A stretch of DNA of 64,000 nucleotides. It comes from an uncultured bacterium. Lineage in GTDB: Bacteria; Hydrothermota; UBA3072; B12-G15. The notes beneath the pieces are model-generated. The model was not told the DNA's origin and ran no database searches. It saw only the letters and a program-made list of their open reading frames with translations. The translations under genes and the position numbers were made by a program. Location of the stretch: positions 8,988 through 72,987 of the forward strand of contig CBFDSV010000002.1 in the NCBI GenBank assembly GCA_965612735.1, in the 5' to 3' direction. Positions 28,463-37,242 of this stretch are shown here, in pieces. Each line of letters begins with the position of its first letter. The stretch's first letter is position 1.

Positions 28463-28490
28463 ATCATAATAAATGAGAAAACAATGTCAA
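28463..28490 (-). promoter_or_regulatory. Sigma70-type promoter, apparently leaderless, for the lipoprotein gene
   Basis: Minus strand: TTGACA (28490-28485), 16 nt, TATGAT (28468-28463), 6 nt, then ATG at 28456. No SD. Confidence 0.5.
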
Positions 28491-28507
28491 GTCAAAGTTT
28501 CCTAATT

Positions 28508-29170
28508 CTATTCCATCAGTATTGCCTTCAGGGTTCTGCTATATCCTCCTGCATTGAATTTGATAAAATAAACACCCGATGAAAGATTTCTTCCCGTATT
28601 ATCTCTTCCATCCCAGATTGTTGTGTAGTATCCCGCCTTCTTATTCTCATCCACAAGGGTTACAATCTTCTCTCCCAGAAGATTATAAACAGTGATATTT
28701 ACATTTAAATTTTCTGGTAACCCGTATCTGATTTCAGTGGTCACTGTAAATGGGTTAGGCTGGTTCTGTAAGACAAAGATGACCTCAGGGACGATTGACG
28801 TTGGTTTCTCTATTCCAGTCAATTCACCATTAAGGGCATACAATTTATCATCATTTGAACCAACCACAATCTCAAGTTTTCCATCCCCATCTATATCCCC
28901 AAGTGCAGGTGAAGACTCCACATCCCCACCAGTGAGATATGACCAGCTAAGGAAACAGGAATCCATATTCCCTGTGAGTGGTGAAAGCCCTGTATGGTAA
29001 CCGTCGTGATGAAACATAGGCCATAGTGAGTCACCTGATTGCTGTGCAAATAAATCTGCACCTGAAAAAAGAAATCCTGCTCCCAAAACCACCATCAAGC
29101 AGGATTTGCTGATTTTGATTTTTTCATAATCATATCCTCCCTGTTTTGAAATGCAGTAAAAAATCAACAA
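28508..29170 (-). CDS. FG-GAP/VCBS-like repeat protein with a T9SS C-terminal sorting domain
   Basis: GDIDGDGKLEIVVGS (FG-GAP). C-terminal ~80 aa QNQPNPF...ITVYNLLGEKV...GVYFIKF is a typical T9SS/FlgD-Ig-like CTD. The true start is uncertain (see findings). Confidence 0.7.
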   Translation of the reverse strand: MLIFYCISKQGGYDYEKIKISKSCLMVVLGAGFLFSGADLFAQQSGDSLWPMFHHDGYHTGLSPLTGNMDSCFLSWSYLTGGDVESSPALGDIDGDGKLEIVVGSNDDKLYALNGELTGIEKPTSIVPEVIFVLQNQPNPFTVTTEIRYGLPENLNVNITVYNLLGEKIVTLVDENKKAGYYTTIWDGRDNTGRNLSSGVYFIKFNAGGYSRTLKAILME

Positions 29171-30137
29171 TCCAGTTCTTCAAATCAGGATTCAGCGCAA
29201 GGGGAGATTTCTTCCAGTTAAAGTCAATATTTATAGAATCACCTTCTTGAATGAAACGAAGCCTTCCATGATTTTCAAGCCACTTGTCCACCTCTCCCTT
29301 CTTCCCCTGAAAAATACTATATACTGGCTTACCAAGTAGTGCTGCCTCCCTGTTCATTGTGCCACCGCCACTGATAACAAGGTCTGCATCCTTGAGCATA
29401 CTTATTCCGTCCACCTCCTTTTCAAGCACAATAACATTTTTATATCTCCCAAACTTCTTCATTATCTCTTTCCTCTGGCAACCTGTTCTTGGTACAACAA
29501 TAACTGTTATGTCTTCTCTGGATGCAAATTCAGAGAGAAGGGAGTTTAAGATTTTTTCAGCCATTGGATTATGATAGTGTGCCATTGATGCAGGTGGCCT
29601 TACAACCACAATTTTTTCTCTGTCCAGGGATAACCCCTTTCCCCAATCAGGTGTATATTCGTGTTCCCATATGTACAGTTCTTCCTTCAACCCAGGGAAA
29701 ACCCGAAATTTTCTTTGCCCTTTCAATAGGTCCTTAAAAACAAATGGCATCAGAATAATATTTGCAAAATATCTGAAAATAAAATCAGATATATGCTCAT
29801 AATCGTACATGGTTACAACAGGTATCCCAAGAAGTCTTGCTGGAATAACCTGGGAACGGGAGCCATGCGCAAAGGCAATATCTATATTCTTATCCATAGC
29901 CCATATGAAAAGCCTGACCATCCTCAAACCAAGATGAAGTATCTTCAATATTCCTGACTTTCCAGGGTGTCTCCCGATAAGAAAATACCTGAAACCCTTC
30001 ATATCAAGGAGACCCCTTGTATTCCCATAGTCCCTTGCTGTTATGAAAACCTGATGCCCCCTTCTTTCCAGTTCCTCTATTATAGGTTCCATTATCAGAA
30101 CATGAGGGGCATTATCAATGTCTATCCATATCCTCAT
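29130..30137 (-). CDS. DUF354-family protein (GT-B glycosyltransferase-like)
   Basis: 335 aa. The N-terminal MRIWIDIDNAPHV pattern is characteristic of DUF354. Confidence 0.65.
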   Translation of the reverse strand: MRIWIDIDNAPHVLIMEPIIEELERRGHQVFITARDYGNTRGLLDMKGFRYFLIGRHPGKSGILKILHLGLRMVRLFIWAMDKNIDIAFAHGSRSQVIPARLLGIPVVTMYDYEHISDFIFRYFANIILMPFVFKDLLKGQRKFRVFPGLKEELYIWEHEYTPDWGKGLSLDREKIVVVRPPASMAHYHNPMAEKILNSLLSEFASREDITVIVVPRTGCQRKEIMKKFGRYKNVIVLEKEVDGISMLKDADLVISGGGTMNREAALLGKPVYSIFQGKKGEVDKWLENHGRLRFIQEGDSINIDFNWKKSPLALNPDLKNWIVDFLLHFKTGRI

Positions 30138-30143
30138 AATGCC

Positions 30144-30172
30144 ATTTTAAAGCAAAGTTTATTTTTTGACAA
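30144..30172 (-). promoter_or_regulatory. Sigma70-type promoter, apparently leaderless, for the DUF354 gene
   Basis: Minus strand: TTGTCA (30172-30167), 17 nt, TAAAAT (30149-30144), 6 nt, then ATG at 30137. No SD. Confidence 0.5.
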
Positions 30173-30186
30173 GCCATTTTATCCCC

Positions 30187-30214
30187 TTGACTGAATCCCA
30201 TGTGGGTTTAATAT
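30187..30214 (+). promoter_or_regulatory. Sigma70-type promoter for the plus-strand five-gene operon
   Basis: TTGACT (30187-30192), 16 nt, TAATAT (30209-30214), followed by GGAGG (30225-30229) and TTG at 30235. Confidence 0.4.
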
Positions 30215-30234
30215 CAGGAAAAAAGGAGGTTACA

Positions 30235-32289
30235 TTGAGTAGGTTAATTCCTGTCTTTTTGTTTTTTCCCTTGTTAATATCAACCCATCGGATTGAATTA
30301 TTTGATGGAAGAACCCTGGAGTCCCCTGTTCTGAAAATAGAAGGGAACCAGATTGTCTTACAGGATACGGTGATTTCAAAAAATGATGTAAAATCCATTG
30401 TTTTCTCAGAAGGAGAGGTTAAGGCAGAAAAAAAACAACTCCCTGAAGATGTTAAAAAGATTCTGCAGGAGGCTGAAGAGGCAAGGAAAAAATATGGTGA
30501 TTACGAGGGTGTCGTACTTATTGACGATGGGATTTACAACCTGCTTCCTGATGGCACAAGGTCTTACAGATACCATTTCGCAGGGCTCATCCTGAAGGAC
30601 ACACGAAGAAACTGGGGAACATTCGTAAGATACTTTGATGAGGATGCAGAGAGATTGAAGATAATTTCAGCAAGGGTGATTAAGCCCAATGGCAGAACAA
30701 TACCCCTTGACCTGAACAAAATCACGGTAACAAAACCACGGCAGGGAATGGAATTCTTTGGTAAGGGAAAGATTGTTACATTCACCTTCCCATCAGTTGA
30801 GGTTGGAGACATTGTTGAGTATGAATATACAGAGGAAATATTCAATCCATGGGACAGGAATGTCTTTAATCCCAACTGGTACTTTGGAAGTGACGACCCT
30901 GTTGTATTCTCAAGGATAAAAATAATCCTTCCTGAAGGGAAAAAACTTTATTACAAACTCTTTAATGCTCCGGACGTGAAGGTGGATTCTACTCAAACAG
31001 ACTCTGGTATGATTTATACCTTTGTAAACCATGATGCAATTCCCCCTGTTGAAGAGATATACATGCCTCCCAAAGAGGAATATCTTCCGAGGCTTGTTGC
31101 AGGTGTTATGAAGGACTGGGATTATCTCTTCAACTGGTATTCAAACTTCCAGAAAAACAGGATGATTGTCACACCAGAAATAAAAGTCCTTGCAGACAGT
31201 CTCACAAATGGTGCAACCACACATGAGGAAAAAACTGCAAGGCTCTATCACTGGGTTCAGCAGAACATCAGGTATATCTCAATAAAGGGTTCTGCTTCAA
31301 GTGGTGTATCAGGGCACAGGGCGGATGTAACACTGAAGAATGGATATGGGGACTGCACTGACAAGGCAATACTATTTTCAACTCTTCTGAAGGCCGTTGG
31401 TATAGAATGTTATCCTGTTTACCTCCATACCAATGATGGGCCTGACCTTGTTAAGGAGATACCCTCATTCTGGGGGAACCATGCCATTGTTGAAGTATTC
31501 CCTGAAAATGGACCCCCCTATTTCCTTGACCCTGTTTCCACTTATTCAAGATATCCATCCTTTGCATCAATGGACCATGGGATGCATGCAATCTGTGCAA
31601 TGAAGAAGAAAATTGATTTTATAAAGGTACCTCCCCCTGATATGAACTTGAGAAACTATACCTATAAAATATTTATCACCCCGGACGGAACTGCAGATGT
31701 TTCATTCACTTCAAGATACACTGGTGACTATGAGGCAGGGATAAGGGGATACTGGATAAGGCTGAAGGAGAGGGAGAGAAAAATGACATTCACAAGGATG
31801 GTGAGTGATGTATCCCCTGATGCACAACTCCTTGAATACAACCTTGAAAACCTTGAAGATATCTCAAAACCTCTTATCATGCACATACGTTACAGACTCC
31901 CCAATTTTCTTGAAAAAGCAGGAGACTTATACATCCTGAAACTTCCCGAGATAGACAGAAGATACACAAGAAGGGAACTTGCCCTTTCTGATAGAAGGTA
32001 TCCACTTGTATATATGACATCAGAGGAGATAAAACATACCTTTAAAATAATCCTCCCGAAAAATTGGAAGGTGGAGTATGTCCCTGAGAAGAGGAAGGTG
32101 AAGTATCACGAGTATGAATATTCAGGATACTACCAGATTAAAGGTGACACACTTTTATTCAAGGATGACTTCAGGAGGTACGGAAGGAAGATTCCTGTTG
32201 AGCACTATAAAAAATACAGAAGATATATGAACGCCATGCTTAAATTTGTAAAAATGCCTGTTATTATTTCCACAGGAGGTGAGGAATGA
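30235..32289 (+). CDS. DUF3857 plus transglutaminase-like cysteine protease domain protein
   Basis: Start re-set to TTG 30235: GGAGG lies 5 nt upstream and it yields the signal peptide SRLIPVFLFFPLLIS. Transglutaminase (TGase) core GYGDCTDKA...NHAIVEV...FLDP (Cys-His-Asp). Confidence 0.8.
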   Translation: MSRLIPVFLFFPLLISTHRIELFDGRTLESPVLKIEGNQIVLQDTVISKNDVKSIVFSEGEVKAEKKQLPEDVKKILQEAEEARKKYGDYEGVVLIDDGIYNLLPDGTRSYRYHFAGLILKDTRRNWGTFVRYFDEDAERLKIISARVIKPNGRTIPLDLNKITVTKPRQGMEFFGKGKIVTFTFPSVEVGDIVEYEYTEEIFNPWDRNVFNPNWYFGSDDPVVFSRIKIILPEGKKLYYKLFNAPDVKVDSTQTDSGMIYTFVNHDAIPPVEEIYMPPKEEYLPRLVAGVMKDWDYLFNWYSNFQKNRMIVTPEIKVLADSLTNGATTHEEKTARLYHWVQQNIRYISIKGSASSGVSGHRADVTLKNGYGDCTDKAILFSTLLKAVGIECYPVYLHTNDGPDLVKEIPSFWGNHAIVEVFPENGPPYFLDPVSTYSRYPSFASMDHGMHAICAMKKKIDFIKVPPPDMNLRNYTYKIFITPDGTADVSFTSRYTGDYEAGIRGYWIRLKERERKMTFTRMVSDVSPDAQLLEYNLENLEDISKPLIMHIRYRLPNFLEKAGDLYILKLPEIDRRYTRRELALSDRRYPLVYMTSEEIKHTFKIILPKNWKVEYVPEKRKVKYHEYEYSGYYQIKGDTLLFKDDFRRYGRKIPVEHYKKYRRYMNAMLKFVKMPVIISTGGEE

Positions 32290-34283
32290 AAAAATTACTT
32301 CTTATAGCAATAGCACTTATATCATCCTGTACAATGCCCTTTGTTAAGAAGGCACCACATGCTTTCAATGATATGGTTTATCTCAAAAATGGAGAAGAGT
32401 ATCATTGTGAGGTGATAGGGACAAAAGATACATTCCTGATATTCATCACTGAAAAAGGTGAAACCGCCATGCCCCTGTCAAAAATTCTCTCAGTTGACCT
32501 TGCAAGAAAAAGGCAGGGATATAACTGGAAATCAGTATCAGACATTACAGATAAAACCCTTCTTGAAGCCCTGAAATTTCCCCTGTCTGATTTCAGAGGC
32601 ATGGGCTATGTAAATATCTATGTTGAAAAGAAACTGAAGATAAACAGGGACTCCACATATGTCTATACCGAAAGATACATAAGGGGTATCACAGACGAGC
32701 GTGGAAGGAATGCAGGTAATATATCGAAACTGTACAGATGGAAAAACGAAAAACTCCAGATTGACTTTGCCAGGACAGTAACAGGTGATGGAAAGGTCTT
32801 AAATCTGAGGGAGATCGCCATTGAGGATGCCTCCATATACTCAAGGTATCCAGAGCACGAGAACATGCATGAGAGAAAGTTTGCAATGCCTGAGGTAAAG
32901 CCTGGTAATATTCTTGACTGGGAAATAAGCATCAGGGGAAAGATAACAAAGGAGAACCCCTTCGTGATGGATGAGTATATTGGAGACAATGGGCCTACTG
33001 CAGATGCATATTTTATTGTGGAGTTCCCCTCGGATTTTGATGTTGCATACTCTGTGTACGGTATGACAGAGCCAGAGGTGAAAAAACAGGGGAAGAACAC
33101 AACCTATGTATGGCATGTGAAAAGAATACCACCCCTTTTAAGGGAGATTATGTGTCCCCCACCTGTTTATCTCTTTCCAAGGGTAGTTGCAGGGCTTAAA
33201 TCCTCATGGAATGACATTGTTGAAGAATACAAAGACCTCCTTTCAGTCAAAGGAACACTCTCACCAGACAGTGCATATAAACTGGTCTTGAAGACAATAA
33301 AATACATAGATGTACCATCATCTGGCTCCAGTATCTTTCCCAGAAAGGCTGAAGAAATCCTGAAGACAAAAACAGGGAACTCACTTGAAAAAGCATACCT
33401 TCTCTACACACTTATTAATAAAAATAAACACCATGTTGAACTCATTCTCGTCCGTTCAAAGGAGAGGGGAATGGTTTCTGTAAACACACCGTCACTTCTC
33501 CAGTTTGATGGAGCACTTGTGCGGTGTGATTCTGTCTGGTACGACCCCACTTACGAGATTATTCCTCCTGGATATATAAGACCTGAATATCAGGGTGTTT
33601 ATGCACTCTCACTTTCATCAGGTGCAATTTTAAAAACCCCGCTACTTGAGCCTGAAAAGGAATCAGAGATAATCAAAAGAAGTGTAAAACTCTATAAAAA
33701 TGGGGATGCACTTATCAAAGACAGGTGGATATACAGGGGGAAGAAACTTTTGAGTATAAGAACATGGAAGTATCTACAGGAGGAGGAGAGGAGAAAACAG
33801 ATTGAGGGCATGATAGGCAACCAATTCCCCAATGCAGAACTTAAAAGGTTCAGTATAGAACATCTAAATGACCTCTGCGACAGCATTGTGATTAACACAG
33901 AATACACGGTTGATAAACTTGGTACAGTGGAGGGAAAGTTCCTTCTGCTAAAGACCCCGGGTATTTTATACAGTGCATACTATGTGGGTATGCCAGAAAG
34001 AAACTATCCCATATATCTGAAAACATCTGGAGTTTCAAGGACCGAGATTGAAATTTTGCCTCCAAAGGGGTATCGTATACATGCATATCCTGAAAATATA
34101 AAGTACGATTCCCCTGTATCATCATTTTATTCAACATACGACAGGATAAAAAGAAAACTCATTTATACAGATGAATATGTGGAGAAAACAGACTTTGTAC
34201 TCTCCTCCAGGTATCAGGAATACAGGGAATGTATAATGAATATGGCAAAGATACCTCAAAGATGGATTGTATTCAAAAAATAG
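32286..34283 (+). CDS. DUF3857/transglutaminase-like paralog lipoprotein lacking the catalytic Cys
   Basis: Lipobox LISSC. Same overall layout as the upstream gene, but the core reads TGNSLEKAYLLYTLI (Ser in place of Cys) and no His equivalent was seen. Confidence 0.6.
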   Translation: MKKLLLIAIALISSCTMPFVKKAPHAFNDMVYLKNGEEYHCEVIGTKDTFLIFITEKGETAMPLSKILSVDLARKRQGYNWKSVSDITDKTLLEALKFPLSDFRGMGYVNIYVEKKLKINRDSTYVYTERYIRGITDERGRNAGNISKLYRWKNEKLQIDFARTVTGDGKVLNLREIAIEDASIYSRYPEHENMHERKFAMPEVKPGNILDWEISIRGKITKENPFVMDEYIGDNGPTADAYFIVEFPSDFDVAYSVYGMTEPEVKKQGKNTTYVWHVKRIPPLLREIMCPPPVYLFPRVVAGLKSSWNDIVEEYKDLLSVKGTLSPDSAYKLVLKTIKYIDVPSSGSSIFPRKAEEILKTKTGNSLEKAYLLYTLINKNKHHVELILVRSKERGMVSVNTPSLLQFDGALVRCDSVWYDPTYEIIPPGYIRPEYQGVYALSLSSGAILKTPLLEPEKESEIIKRSVKLYKNGDALIKDRWIYRGKKLLSIRTWKYLQEEERRKQIEGMIGNQFPNAELKRFSIEHLNDLCDSIVINTEYTVDKLGTVEGKFLLLKTPGILYSAYYVGMPERNYPIYLKTSGVSRTEIEILPPKGYRIHAYPENIKYDSPVSSFYSTYDRIKRKLIYTDEYVEKTDFVLSSRYQEYRECIMNMAKIPQRWIVFKK

Positions 34284-34292
34284 GAGGTAGAA

Positions 34293-34589
34293 ATGGCCAT
34301 GCTTGAAATAACAATCATACCCCTTGGAACAGGGACAACATCTGCAAGTGAGTTTGTTGCCGAGGCATACAGGATAATCAGGGATTCTGGCCTGAAGTTT
34401 GAACTCACCCCCACTGCAACAGTTATTGAGGGGGATATTGACAGACTATTTGATATAGCAAGAAAGGTTCATGAGTCACCCTTCAATCAAGGAGTGAAAA
34501 GGGTTGTAACTGTTATCAAGATAGACGACAGAAGGGATAAAGAGATAACCATTGAAGGCAAGAAACAATCTGTATTAAGGAAGGTTTGA
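34293..34589 (+). CDS. MTH1187/YkoF-family (thiamine-binding-like, DUF77) small protein
   Basis: 98 aa. The pattern EITIIPLGTG.S.S..VA.A..I...SGLK.E.T...T.IEG is typical of the family. Confidence 0.75.
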   Translation: MAMLEITIIPLGTGTTSASEFVAEAYRIIRDSGLKFELTPTATVIEGDIDRLFDIARKVHESPFNQGVKRVVTVIKIDDRRDKEITIEGKKQSVLRKV

Positions 34590-34590
34590 G

Positions 34591-37242
34591 ATGATTTTAC
34601 TCCTTGTTTTATTCCCGTATCAAAGTTCTCTTTCAGAGGTTCTTAATGCAATGGGGACAGATATACATGGGCTTGGTTATGAGAAACTGGAGTGGAGCCT
34701 TTATACAAAGGATTACCTCCCCATTGTGAGAAGTTTTATGGGAAAACCACTGTATGCCTATGAATGGGAGCAGAAGAAAAAGAGAGACTTAAAAACAGGT
34801 GTGGTGACTGCATATATATCCAGTGCAGCAGACCAGGGCTATAAAATCAGAGTTCCAGGAGAGAAACCCGACCTGAAAAAAGATATTGAAGAAATCAAGA
34901 AGATTACCACTCAAATAAAGGATATATACAAACCTGTGGATGAAAAAAGGATTGAAAGGATTTTATACGCCATCCAGAAAAAATTCACAGACGAGGATAC
35001 CACCCAGCCATCTCCTGGTGATATTGGTAAAGAGTTTGGATTCACACCAGACACCACAATAAAAACATCCACGGATACACTCCTGGAATGGTATAAGTCT
35101 CTAAATATTGGTAAACTCTACTCACTGAATGCACAACTTATCTCCATTGTTTATAATCTTTCAAGGAGACTCCTGAATAATCCCCCTGATACATCTTTCT
35201 CCCTTGATACTCCACTTGGCAAAATTTCTGTTGGTGGTCATGGAAACAATGTATATGAAGGAAACTACCTTTTGATTATAGACGCGGATGGGGATGACAT
35301 TTACAGATTAAAGGGTGCTGTCCTCCATAAAACAACCCCTGTCCAGATTATCATAGACCTTGATGGGAATGATACCTATTCAGATAGTGGATACGTGGGA
35401 CCAGGTGGAGGTGTTTGCGGAACAGGGATTGTATTTGACCTTGGAGGGAATGATAACTACTTCTCCCATCATATTTCAATTGGAGCAGGATTCATGGGAA
35501 CAGGTCTGGTTTTTGATTCAACAGGTAATGACAACTTCAGGGCCGGGATTATGTGCTGCGGAGCAGGTTTCATGGGAACAGGAATTCTCTACGACAGGTC
35601 AGGGAGTGACATCTATTCTGGATTCCTCTTCTCTGAAGGGTTTGCAGGTGTCTATGGAGAAGGTGTGCTTTACGATGGAGAGGGTAATGATGTTTATTAT
35701 GCAGGTGGGTTCTATCTGCATAAGCCCCTGCTTCCAGAAACCTATCAGTCACTTTCCCAGGGATTCAGTATTGGTGAAAGACCTGACTTTGGTGGTGGTA
35801 TTGGACTATTATACGACGTCTCTGGTAATGACTCTTACTATGCTGGAACCTATGCACAGGGAACATCCTACTGGTTCTCTGCCGGATTTCTCTTTGATGA
35901 CTCTGGTGAAGACTATTACAATGCAACAGAGTATGCACAGGGGGCTGGTATCCATCTCTCATTCGGATATCTCCACGACCTTGCAGGTAATGACCACTAC
36001 TTCTCAAGGCATGGGCCATCACAGGGTGAAGGCCACGACTTTGCAGTGGGCATCCTGATAGACAGTGCAGGATATGACTGGTATACAGTGTCTGGAGGTC
36101 TGGGAATCGGGCTCACCAATTCAATAGGTATTTTCATTGATGGAGAGGGAAATGATGTTTACAACATAACAGAGAAAAGGGATGGAACTCACTTTGGAAT
36201 AGGTGATGTGAATAAAGCAAGGGGGTTTACAGGGATTGGGATATTCCTTGACCTTGGAGGTAAAGATATTTATCCATCTAAAAGATACGGGGACGATAAA
36301 ACATGGGCAAGGAGTATCTATGGCATGGGAATGGACAGAAACAGCCAGGAGGTTGTTCCAGAATATGAACAACTACCTGTTCCAGAACTATCAAAGATGG
36401 ACATCAGGGAGTTATTTGAACTGGCATCACAATGGGGTGTTGGTGAAAATAAAGACAGGGTGAAAAAGGCAAGGGAGGAACTTGCAAGGAGGGGAAAGGA
36501 GAGCCTTGACTACATATTCAGGGAAAAGATCAGGACAAAAAGTGGCCTTGAAATGAGGGCTATAAGGGCTGTATTAAAGGAAAACAGGGCAAAGGCAAGG
36601 GACTACCTTTTAAAGGCATTGAAGGATACCTCATGGATAGCGAGAAGGAATGTATGTGGTTTTATTGCTGATATAAAACTGGATGATGCAGAGGACAGTC
36701 TCATCAAGTTTATGGGAAACCCAGAGAACAGAAAAATTATAAGGAGTTTCATCTACGCACTTGGTAGATTGAAATCAGGGAAGGCAAGGGAAAAGATTGA
36801 AAAGTACCTTGGGGAAGAAAAAGAGGATATGCGAATAACATCCATTGAAGCACTGAAAAACATTGGTGATACCCTATCCATACCATCCCTGATTCCACTA
36901 CTGAATGATAGGTTCACCACTGTCCGTTCTGCATGTATTGATGCACTTTACAAATTTGGAACAGATATCACAGAATGGGTGGAGAGTAAATGGAGAAACT
37001 ATCCACTTATCCTTTATGTTGGTGGTAAGGTTGCAGGGAAAAACACAGGGGAAAAGGTGGACAGGATAAAAAATGTCCTTTTCACAGCACTGGACAGCAA
37101 GGATGATTACACAAGATACATGGCGGTCCTGGGACTCTCTGAGATAAAGGACAGTGCAGTGAAGACCGCCTTCCAGTTAAGGGTATGGAAGGAGAAACAA
37201 CCAGTTATAAGGGATGTAATGAAAAGATACCTTGGATTATGA
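34591..37242 (+). CDS. Large protein with about 12 DxxGNDxY repeats of 26-27 residues (predicted beta-solenoid) and C-terminal HEAT-like repeats
   Basis: 883 aa. Repeats such as FDLGGNDNYF, FDSTGNDNF, YDRSGSDIY, YDGEGNDVYY, YDVSGNDSYY, FDDSGEDYY, HDLAGNDHY, IDGEGNDVY, LDLGGKDIY. The last ~270 aa are HEAT/PBS-lyase-like helices. Confidence 0.7.
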   Translation: MILLLVLFPYQSSLSEVLNAMGTDIHGLGYEKLEWSLYTKDYLPIVRSFMGKPLYAYEWEQKKKRDLKTGVVTAYISSAADQGYKIRVPGEKPDLKKDIEEIKKITTQIKDIYKPVDEKRIERILYAIQKKFTDEDTTQPSPGDIGKEFGFTPDTTIKTSTDTLLEWYKSLNIGKLYSLNAQLISIVYNLSRRLLNNPPDTSFSLDTPLGKISVGGHGNNVYEGNYLLIIDADGDDIYRLKGAVLHKTTPVQIIIDLDGNDTYSDSGYVGPGGGVCGTGIVFDLGGNDNYFSHHISIGAGFMGTGLVFDSTGNDNFRAGIMCCGAGFMGTGILYDRSGSDIYSGFLFSEGFAGVYGEGVLYDGEGNDVYYAGGFYLHKPLLPETYQSLSQGFSIGERPDFGGGIGLLYDVSGNDSYYAGTYAQGTSYWFSAGFLFDDSGEDYYNATEYAQGAGIHLSFGYLHDLAGNDHYFSRHGPSQGEGHDFAVGILIDSAGYDWYTVSGGLGIGLTNSIGIFIDGEGNDVYNITEKRDGTHFGIGDVNKARGFTGIGIFLDLGGKDIYPSKRYGDDKTWARSIYGMGMDRNSQEVVPEYEQLPVPELSKMDIRELFELASQWGVGENKDRVKKAREELARRGKESLDYIFREKIRTKSGLEMRAIRAVLKENRAKARDYLLKALKDTSWIARRNVCGFIADIKLDDAEDSLIKFMGNPENRKIIRSFIYALGRLKSGKAREKIEKYLGEEKEDMRITSIEALKNIGDTLSIPSLIPLLNDRFTTVRSACIDALYKFGTDITEWVESKWRNYPLILYVGGKVAGKNTGEKVDRIKNVLFTALDSKDDYTRYMAVLGLSEIKDSAVKTAFQLRVWKEKQPVIRDVMKRYLGL

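Noticed and set aside
30166-30234. ATG 30166 as the start of the first transglutaminase-like gene
   Set aside because: This ATG sits inside the divergent promoter region (it overlaps the TTGACA/TTGTCA boxes). TTG 30235 has GGAGG at optimal spacing and yields a proper signal peptide.
35360-36058. 232-aa plus-strand ORF in an alternative frame inside the repeat/HEAT protein gene
   Set aside because: It lies wholly within a longer ORF that has a coherent repeat and domain structure. Its own translation is a low-complexity echo of the ~80-nt DNA periodicity, with no start signals. It is a repeat artefact.
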